NCBI GenBank assembly: GCA_964016885.1
Contig: OZ024765.1
Location: 5,022,001 to 5,086,000, forward strand
Origin: Eledone cirrhosa
Taxonomy: Eukaryota
Direction: 5' to 3'
DNA: 64,000 nt
Shown: positions 53,750 through 64,000 of the stretch, in pieces
Position numbering within the stretch: the first letter of the stretch is position 1
How the letters are laid out: every line of letters starts with the position of its first letter
Notes under the pieces: model-generated
The model's database searches: none
Told to the model about the DNA's origin: nothing
Seen by the model: only the letters and a program-made list of their open reading frames with translations
Translations under genes and position numbers: made by a program

Positions 53750-54106
53750 CATGAAGTGTTTCCGTAGGAAAGGTAAAGGAGAAGAGAGTGCTCTTTTGGT
53801 TTTCGCTTCAATTTATTATGAACTCAATCGGTTAGTTCAATAACCTAATGGTTATTTAGTTGATTGTCAAAAGCTCTTTCGTCACACATTCTGTGACCTC
53901 CCCAGTAACTTCCTTTTTTGTCATTTTGTGTCTCCTTTGTTCTGTTCTACACCATCTTGTTTTTGTAAAACAATTACAAAAACGAAGTATGTGTGTGTAT
54001 ATATATATATATAACAAAGAGGATGTGGTAAGTTACCAGGTGGACCATAACGCACCAGAGTACTCAATACTTACGGTAGTAGAGTGGGGAATAGGAAAAG
54101 AGTCAG

Positions 54107-54141
<35 letters not shown>

Positions 54142-54385
54142 TATGTGTGTACATATATATATGTGTGTGTGTATGTGTGTGTGTGTGTACATATATATAT
54201 ATGTATGTGTGTATATGTGTATATATATGTGTATGTGTGTGTTCACATATATATGTGTATATATATATATATATATAATGTATGTGTGTGTGCACATATA
54301 TATGTGTGTGTGTGTGTGTATATATGTGTGTGTCTGTGTATATATATGTGTGTGTATATATATGTGTGTGTGTGTGTGTGTTCAC

Positions 54386-54416
<31 letters not shown>

Positions 54417-54568
54417 TATATATAATGTGTGTGTGTGTGTGCACATATATATATATATGTGTGTGTGTGTATATATATATGTGTGTGTCTGTGTATATAT
54501 ATGTGTGTGTATATATATATGTGTGTATATATGCACACACATATATATATGTGTGTGTGTGTGTTCAC

Positions 54569-54600
<32 letters not shown>

Positions 54601-55477
54601 TGTTGATAGATTATTGTTGTTGCAGAAGTAGTAGTAGTAGTAGTTGTAGTAGTAGTAGTAGTTGTAGTAGTAATTCCTCGGTTGTTGTTGCAACAGTTGT
54701 CTCCCCATTGTAATTACCGTATGTTGTTCCATTCTTTCGGGAAAATAAAATAAAATTAAAAAAACTCTATAAATAAAGGAAATAATAAAATAACAAGGAT
54801 TGTGGGAATGGGGAGGGGGAGTCTTGAAAGCGAGGGGGAGTGAGAGGTTTGGGGGGAAGAAAAAAACGGGCCCATTGAGAACCCCATAAATAAAGTTACC
54901 AGCGTTCTACCCCCTCACCCACCCACTCGCCGCTTTCTATATCCTCCTCCTACTACTACTACTGCTGCTGCTACTACTACTGCTGCTACTACTACTGCTA
55001 CTACTACCACCACAACCATTATTACTACTACTACAACTACCACCAACACTACTACTGCTACAACCACCACTTCTATTACACTATTACCACCACCAACACC
55101 ACTACTACTACCACCACTACTACCACCACCACCACCACCTATACTACTACCACCACTACTACTACCACCACTACTACCACCACTACCACCACCACCACCA
55201 CCACCACCACCACCACTACTTCTACCACCACTACTACTATTACTACTACCACCACCACCACCACCACTGCTATTACTACTACTACCACCACCACCACCAC
55301 TGCTATTACTACTACCACCACCACCACTGCTATTACTACTACCACCACCACCACTACTACTATTACTACTACCCCCACAAACACTACTACTATTACTACT
55401 CCCCCCACAAACACTACTACTATTACTACTACCCCCACAAACACTACTACTACCACTGCTACTACTACTACTAATAA

Positions 55478-55670
55478 TAATTGTTTCTACTTTTGGCACA
55501 AGGCCAGCAATTATCCTCACTGCATTACTGGTACTTTATTTTATCGACCCCGTAAGGATGAAAGGCAAAGTTAACCTCGACGGGATTTGAACTCAGAGCG
55601 TAAAGGGGCGTAACTAAATGCCGCAAAGCATGTTGTCTGACGTTCTACCATTACTGCCAATCTACCACCC
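55478..55670 (-). mobile_element. SINE family A
   Basis: Reverse copy with core and B box. Confidence 0.85.
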
Positions 55671-55764
55671 TTGGGTTCTGATTTAGGTACAAGACCAGCA
55701 ATTTTGGGGTAAAGGAAATCGATCACATCAACCTCTATTAACCCCCTCATTTCCTCATCCCTAT

Positions 55765-56260
55765 AAACCCTCTGAAACACTGAAACCCTATAACCTCTTC
55801 GACAACTTTTCTACCAAACCCTTCATCTCTATAGAGTCCTCCACAATCCTCCTAAGAACTCCTCATCCGTATGAACCCTCTAGAAAACCCTTACTCCAGA
55901 TAAACCCCCTCTCCACCTATCATCCCTATAAACTCATATAAACACCTATGACCTCCTATAAACTCCCTCATTCCTATAAATCACCTGTAAACCCCATCAA
56001 ACCTTCATTCCTATAAACTCCTATAAAACCCTATAAACTTCCTCATCTCATTCCTATAAATTCCACGTAAACCCCATCAAACCCTCATCCCTATAACCCC
56101 CCCCCCCATACACCCACCCCCACACACACACACATACACACACACACACATACACACATACAAACCTCCCCTAGCAACCTCTCATCCCTATAAACCCCTC
56201 CACACTTCCCCTAGCAACCCCTCATCCCTATAAACTACTATAAATCCCAATCTACCTCTA
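55765..56260. repeat. Degenerate CTCATCCCTATAAACCC minisatellite
   Basis: The motif recurs about 12 times. Confidence 0.65.
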
Positions 56261-56867
56261 TCCATTCTCCATCTCCAATAAAACCCCTTACCCCATCCCA
56301 CCCGATATATCGCCCCCCCCCCCCCCTCAATATCCCCCCCCCCCCTCAAAAAAAATCACCATCGCTCCACTCCCCTTCCGCCACCAACACATATAAAAAC
56401 TCTCAAGGCATGCAACAACGTATTTCACCACATCACTCCCGGAATCTGTCTATTTATGCTGGTCTTCTTCGGTTTCACTAAAGGCTACAAACATTTTATT
56501 GTAACATCTCCTTCGCTGTTTCTGATTTCACTGACAAATTAGATTTACTGCGGGTTACATACTTGTGTGCTTTCTACAGATCTATCTACTGCTTTTCTTG
56601 GCCATTTTTTGTGGTTTTTTGGGGGGTTTTTTCAGATCTTTCACTTTTTTTTTTTTCGTTTTGTGGGGTTTTTCAGAGGAGGAGGGTTTTTCACAGTTGT
56701 CTTTCGGTTTTTTTTTTTAGTGATGGTGGGGAGTTTTTTGTTGTATTTCTCTGAAACAAAAAAGCGCCTCAAATCACAACCGACCAACCAAGCACCATTG
56801 TTTTTGTTACTTAAATATTTGTTAACATATCAAACTATGCCAATGATAACAGCTATATTTGTGTGTC

Positions 56868-56913
<46 letters not shown>

Positions 56914-57312
56914 CACACACTTATATATATATATATTTATATATATCTATATATATATATATATATATACATAAATATATACATATATATATATATATAC
57001 ATAAATATATACATATATATATATACATATATATATACATACATATATATATATATATATATACATAAATATATATATAAAATAAATATATAAATATATA
57101 TATATATATATATTTTTTCTATACCTTTCATTTATATATATATATATACACACACACATATATACACACACACATATATATATACACATATATATATACA
57201 CACACACACATATATATATATATATACACATATATAAACATGTGTGAATATGTATATATATATATGTGTGTGTGTGTGTATATATATATATATGTATGTA
57301 TGTGTGTGAATG

Positions 57313-57350
<38 letters not shown>

Positions 57351-57440
57351 AGTGTGTGTGTGTGTGTGCATATATATATATATATGTATGTATGTATATA
57401 CATTCACACACATACATACATATATATATACACACACACG

Positions 57441-57511
<71 letters not shown>

Positions 57512-57742
57512 CTAAGTGTATGTGGTTGTGTACAAACATTTATTCGCAGCGGAGGCCAGCTTCGTTCTGTCGCTACTTTGAGTTTCAAGTTTCAGCTCTT
57601 AATACTGACCCAACAGCCATGTTTAGCTTTCTGTCTCTCTCTCTCTTTGTGAGTGTGCGTGCATTAACCTAGACGCACGCACGTACGCACGCACACACAC
57701 ACGCACACACACACATATAAGCGCACGCACACGCGTGCACAT

Positions 57743-57774
<32 letters not shown>

Positions 57775-57833
57775 GTGTGTTCGGATCTAGCTGTCGAAAC
57801 GGCCGGAGCTCAGCCGTCGGGGTCTTAACCCTT

Positions 57834-57885
<52 letters not shown>

Positions 57886-57921
57886 TGTGTGTGTGTGTGT
57901 CTGTGTGTGTGTGTGTGTGTA

Positions 57922-58444
57922 TATCCCGGGTTCAATCGGGGGTAACCACAGTAAGTAAGGTACTCAATACATAGCAGAAGAGAGGGCTACACCAGCACAT
58001 ATACTAACCTCGTCGGGATTTGAACTCAGACCGCAAAGGGCCGTAACTCTATGCGGCCCGACCCTCTATCGGTACTGCCAATCCACCGCCCTTATATATA
58101 TGTACCGTATTTCCCGGCGCCGAAGACGCTTCGTCCTCGAAAAAGCACCCTAATTTTAATATAGAAATGGCTTCTACAGGACTAGAACTGTTTCATTCCG
58201 AAGAAATGATCAGGAAAGCTCAGATGAAACAGTTCCAGTCCTGTAGAAGCCATTTCTATATTAAAATTAGGGTCCTTTTTCGAGGACGAAGCGTCTTCGG
58301 CGCCGGGAAATACGGTACATATATATAAGGGCGGTGGATTGGCAGTATCGATAGAGGGCCGGGCCGCATAGAGTTACGGCCCTTTGCGGTCTGAGTTCAA
58401 ATCCGGACGAGGTTAGTATATGTGCTGGTGTAGCCCTCTCTTCT
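57922..58444 (-). mobile_element. ~470-bp composite palindrome (57976-58444): fold-back family centre, a pogo/Tc2-like end and a SINE A head in each arm; tail on the left
   Basis: The arms mirror each other. The centre matches 38995-39095 and the tail matches 39106-39157 reversed. Confidence 0.88.
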
Positions 58445-58487
58445 TCCGGCTGTCACGTGGGAGATGGGGTTGATCTAGATCCTCAAT

Positions 58488-58688
58488 CAGACGCCATGCT
58501 TAGCGGCATACGGTTACGGCCCTTTACGTTCTGAGTTCAAATCCAGCCGAGGTTAGCTTTGAATTTTCTTCCTTACGGGATCGATAAAATAAAGTACCAG
58601 TAACGTACTGGGATCGATTTCATCATCTTTGTCCTCCCCCCCCCCCCAAAAAAAAAATTACTGGCCTTGTGCTTAAATCAGAAACCAT
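58488..58688 (+). mobile_element. SINE family A (5'-truncated)
   Basis: B box and core. Confidence 0.8.
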
Positions 58689-59051
58689 TCTTATCGCTGT
58701 TGTTGTTGTTGTTGTTGTTAATATTATTAATGCCCCCCCCCCCCCTCCAGATATCAAGTTAATGCAACTTTGGTGATATTCTAATAAATCACAAGTCAAT
58801 ATCAGATCCTTCCACCACTCCACTTCACTCCCACCTCTCTTGGTTAATGGCAGCTCCCTACCATACCACCACCACCACCACCACGAGACACCACCACCAC
58901 TACCACGACACCACCACCACACCACTTCACTCCCACCTCTCTCGGTTAATGGCCGCTCCCTAGTCAAAACATAATATTTACAGGTATCTCCCCCTACAAC
59001 ACCACCACCACCGCCAAACCACCACCACCACCACTCCACCACCAAATGGCT

Positions 59052-61850
59052 GAGACTATGTTATATGTGTATGTATATATATATGTGTATGTATATATAT
59101 ATGTGTATGTATATATGTATGTGTGTAAGACTGTTATATATGTATGTGTGTAAGACTATGTTATATATGTATGTGTATATATATGTGTAAGACTAAGTTA
59201 TATATGTATGTGTATATAAATGTGTGTAAGACTATGTTATATATTTATGTGTATATATATATGTGTAAGACTATGTTATATATGTATGTGTATATATATA
59301 TGTGTAAGACTATGTTATATATGTATGTGTATATATATGTGTGTAAGACTATGTTATATATGTATGTGTATATATATGTGTAAGACTATGTTATATATGT
59401 ATGTGTATATATATGTGTAAGACTATGTTATATATGTATGTGTATATATGTGTGTAAGACTGTTATATATGTATATGTATATATATATGTGTAAGACTAT
59501 GTTATATATGTATGTGTATATATATGTGTGTAAGACTATGTTATATATGTATGTGTATATATATGTGTAAGACTATGTTATATATGTATGTGTATATATA
59601 TGTGTAAGACTATGTTATATATGTATGTGTATATATGTATGTGTAAGACTATGTTATATATGTATGTGTATATAAATGTGTGTAAGACTATGTTATATAT
59701 TTATGTGTATATATATGTGTAAGACTATGTTATATATGTATGTGTATATATATGTGTAAGACTATGTTATATATGTATGTGTATATATATGTGTAAGACT
59801 ATGTTATATATGTATGTATATATATGTGTGTAAGACTATGTTATATATGTATGTATATATGTATGTGTAAGACTGTTATATATGTATGTGTATATGTATG
59901 TGTAAGACTATGTTATATATGTATGTATATATGTATGTGTAAGACTATGTTATATATGTATGTGTATATATATGTGTGTAAGACTGTTATATATGTATGT
60001 GTAAGACTATGTTATATATGTATGTGTATATATGTGTGTAAGACTATGTTATATATGTATGTATATATGTGTAAGACTATGTTATATATGTATGTGTATA
60101 TATATATGTGTAAGACTATGTTATATATGTATGTGTATATATGTGTGTAAGACTATGTTATATATGTATGTGTATATATATGTGTATGACTATGTTATAT
60201 ATGTATGTATATATGTATGTGTAAGACTATGTTATATATGTATGTGTATATATATGTGTAAGACTATGTTATATATGTATGTGTATATATATGTGTAAGA
60301 CTATGTTATATATGTATGTGTATATATGTGTGTAAGACTGTTATATATGTATATGTATATAAATATGTGTAAGACTAAGTTATATATGTATGTGTATATA
60401 AATGTGTGTAAGACTATGTTATATATTTATGTGTATATATATATGTGTAAGACTATGTTATATATGTATGTGTATATATATATGTGTAAGACTATGTTAT
60501 ATATGTATGTGTATATATATGTGTGTAAGACTATGTTATATATGTATGTGTATATATATGTGTAAGACTATGTTATATATGTATGTGTATATATATGTGT
60601 AAGACTATGTTATATATGTATGTGTATATATGTGTGTAAGACTGTTATATATGTATATGTATATATATATGTGTAAGACTATGTTATATATGTATGTGTA
60701 TATATATGTGTGTAAGACTATGTTATATATGTATGTGTATATATATGTGTAAGACTATGTTATATATGTATGTGTATATATATGTGTAAGACTATGTTAT
60801 ATATGTATGTGTATATATGTATGTGTAAGACTATGTTATATATGTATGTGTATATAAATGTGTGTAAGACTATGTTATATATTTATGTGTATATATATGT
60901 GTAAGACTATGTTATATATGTATGTGTATATATATGTGTAAGACTATGTTATATATGTATGTGTATATATATGTGTAAGACTATGTTATATATGTATGTG
61001 TATATATATGTGTAAGACTATGTTATATATGTATGTATATATATGTGTGTAAGACTATGTTATATATGTATGTATATATGTATGTGTAAGACTGTTATAT
61101 ATGTATGTGTATATGTATGTGTAAGACTATGTTATATATGTATGTATATATGTATGTGTAAGACTATGTTATATATGTATGTGTATATATATGTGTGTAA
61201 GACTATGTTATATATGTATGTGTAAGACTATGTTATATATGTATGTGTATATATGTGTGTAAGACTATGTTATATATGTATGTATATATGTATGTGTAAG
61301 ACTATGTTATATATGTATGTATATATGTATGTGTAAGACTATGTTATATATGTATGTGTATATATATGTGTGTAAGACTATGTTATATATGTATGTGTAA
61401 GACTATGTTATATATGTATGTATATATGTGTAAGACTATGTTATATATGTATGTGTATATATGTGTGTAAGACTATGTTATATATGTATGTATATATGTG
61501 TAAGACTATGTTATATATGTATGTGTATATATGTGTGTAAGACTATGTTATATATGTATGTATATATGTGTAAGACTATGTTATATATGTATGTGTATAT
61601 ATGTGTGTAAGACTATGTTATATATGTATGTATATATGTATGTGTAAGACTATGTTATATATGTATGTATATATGTATGTGTAAGACTGTTATATATGTA
61701 TGTGTATATATATGTGTGTAAGACTATGTTATATATGTATGTGTAAGACTATGTTATATATGTATGTGTATATATGTGTGTAAGACTATGTTATATATGT
61801 ATGTATATATGTATGTGTAAGACTATGTTATATATGTATGTATATATGTT
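59052..61850. repeat. ~35-39 bp minisatellite GTAAGACTATGTTATATATGTATGTG(TA)nTGT with a higher-order duplication
   Basis: Rare variants (GACTAAG, TATAAATG, ATATTTAT) recur at an offset of 1182 (59220 vs 60402). Confidence 0.95.
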
Positions 61851-61914
61851 TGTAGCTTTGTTTAGTTAGTTTTTGCCTTCATTTTCAACCGTTAACACAT
61901 TACTGTGTTAACCG

Positions 61915-62110
61915 AAAGAATATGATCGCGAATACAAGCAGCTGAAATGGGGTTCCTCTGAAGGGTCTTTGGTGTAACTTTACACGATAGAGTGTGTAGC
62001 TTGTAGATGAGAGAGTCACTCCAGGTAGAGCTGCTACTCCGAATTGAGAGATCACAGCTCTGATACTATGGACATGTGGTTAGAATGGACATGAGGAAAG
62101 AATCACTGAA
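61915..62110 (+). pseudogene. RTE LINE RT C-terminal fragment
   Basis: Translates to AAEMGFL*RVFGVTLHDRV..LLLRIERSQL*YYGHVVRM. Confidence 0.8.
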
Positions 62111-62124
62111 AAAAAGTCTAAAGT

Positions 62125-62562
62125 CTGTCTTAAGCCAGAAGGCTCATTTGACCGGTGCTTATCCCGGTTTCATAGCATGAAGCGACTGAGAGTACAAGAC
62201 TCCCCCCTCGACAGGACGCTAGTCCATCGTAGGGTTAAACGTCTAGCTATTGCTGGTACTCATTTTCAGCTGAGTATACTGGAGCAACGTGAAATGAAGT
62301 GTATATTATCCATACACATATATATATAAATACTAAAGTCTAGTCTAGAGTGACTGAGAGTACAAGACTTCCCCCTGGACAGGACAACAGTCCATCACAG
62401 GGTTAAACTCCCAGCTATTACTGGTACTCATTTTCAGCTGAGTATACTGGAGCAACGTGAAATGAAGTGTTTTGCTCAAGAACACAACACGCAGCCCAGG
62501 AATCGAGCCCACGAAATTATGATCGTAAGTCCAACACCCTTACCACTAGGACACGTGCCTCA
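62125..62562 (-). mobile_element. tRNA-derived SINE (Meta-like core) with a partial internal duplication
   Basis: Reverse head GAGGCACGTGTCCTAGTGGTAAGG..GGCTCGATTCC and core TTGAGCAAAACACTT. 62182-62300 is duplicated at 62352-62470. Confidence 0.75.
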
Positions 62563-62564
62563 AC

Positions 62565-63600
62565 CTTAGGAAAGAATGGCTGGATATATTTGTAGCTCGA
62601 GGATTAGAGAGACACTCCAGGTAGAGCTGTTACTCCGAATTGAGAGATCACAGCTCTGATACTATGGACATGTGGTTGGAATGTCTGAGGAAAGAATCAC
62701 TGGATATATTTGTAGCTTGGAGATGAGAGAGTCACTCCAGATAGAGCTGCTACTTCTCTGAATTGAGAGATCACAGCTCCGATACTATGGACATGTGGTT
62801 GGAATGTCTGAGGAAAGAATCACTGGATATATTTGTAGCTTGGAGATCAGAGAGTCACTCCAGGTAGAGCTGCTACTTCTCTGAATTGAGAGATCACAGC
62901 TCTGATACTATGGGCATGTGGTTGGAATGTCTGAGGAAAGAATCACTGGATATATTTGTAGCTTGGAGATCAGAGAGTCACTCCAGGTAGAGCTGCTACT
63001 TCTCTGAATTGAGAGATCACAGCTCTGATACTATGGGCATGTGGTTGGAATGTCTGAGGAAAGAATCACTGGATATATTTGTAGCTTGGAGATGAGAGAG
63101 TCACTCCAGATAGAGCTGCTACTTCTCTGAATTGAGAGATCACAGCTCCGATACTATGGACATGTGGTTGGAATGTCTGAGGAAAGAATCACTGGATATA
63201 TTTGTAGCTTGGAGATCAGAGAGTCACTCCAGGTAGAGCTGCTACTTCTCTGAATTGAGAGATCACAGCTCTGATACTATGGGCATGTGGTTGGAATGTC
63301 TGAGGAAAGAATCACTGGATATATTTGTAGCTTGGAGATCAGAGAGTCACTCCAGGTAGAGCTGCTACTTCTCTGAATTGAGAGATCACAGCTCCGATAC
63401 TATGGACATGTGGTTAGAATGTCTGAGGAGAAGAATTGCTGCACAGATTTTACGGGCAAAAACCAACTGGGAGGAAACCCAGGGGTAGACCCTGAACAAG
63501 ATGGTTGGATAACATCCATGAACTTGGTTGGTCACACTTGGAGATCCAGCCGGATCAGTTGGAGTCGGCTGCTTCTGCATTACTGCACCAGTTTCTGCAA
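62565..63600 (+). repeat. 123-bp tandem array (about 7 copies) of RTE coding sequence, continuing into the RTE 3' end
   Basis: TGGATATATTTG at 62581, 62701, 62824, 62947, 63070, 63193 and 63316; then TGRKPRGRP*TRWLDNI. Confidence 0.92.
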
Positions 63601-63697
63601 TTCTTCTACTTAATTCATCTTCCTGACCTCCATCACACGTGACCGCAACATACCTGAATGTTTCCTATCCCATAATATTGCTGAAGTAGAAACCATT

Positions 63698-64000
63698 TGG
63701 CCGAATCAGTAGAGCGTCAGACGCCATGCTTTGCAGCACAGAGTTACGGCCCTTTATGGTCTGAGTTCAAATCCCGCCGAGGTTAACTTTGCTTTTCATC
63801 CTTACGGGGGTCCATAAAATAAAGTACCAGTAATACACTGGGATAATTGCTGGCCTTGTGCCAAAAGTAGAAGCAATTATATAGTAGTTTCTTATATAGG
63901 CACAAGGCCAGCAATTTTTTTTTAGGGTGGGGGGTCGATTAAATCGACCGTAGTACATTACTGGTACTTTATTTTATCCACCCTGTAAGGATGAAAGGCA
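63698..64000. mobile_element. SINE family A copies, tail-to-tail (+ at 63698-63877, - at 63888-64000)
   Basis: Core motif on both strands. Confidence 0.85.

Overview
Repeat-saturated animal genomic DNA. The SINE families and the extreme (TA)n/(TG)n density resemble an octopus or other coleoid cephalopod genome; this is an inference. Almost every long ORF in the supplied track is a microsatellite artefact. The only host gene sequence I can support is the last coding exon of a Wnt gene (Wnt11-like, + strand, 34091-34265), which the ORF track misses. The rest consists of tRNA-derived SINEs, fragments of R4/Dong-, RTE-, CR1- and Tx1-like LINEs, Penelope GIY-YIG remnants, an internally deleted mariner, MITEs, TE-derived tandem arrays and a 200-N gap. 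The most interesting signal is a dense set of type I hammerhead ribozyme (HHR) motifs: roughly 15 fold fully by eye and several more are partial. They occur (i) once per unit in a near-identical 422-bp tandem array, like a retrozyme, and (ii) inside a series of sequence-unrelated fold-back palindromes sitting in (TA)n tracts. Most palindromes carry a one-sided tail containing a shared GAG(T/C)(A/G)CTC octamer. Many of these HHRs have a U.U or A.A opposition at the base of stem II instead of the canonical G-C pair. All folds and coordinates were derived manually and boundaries are approximate.
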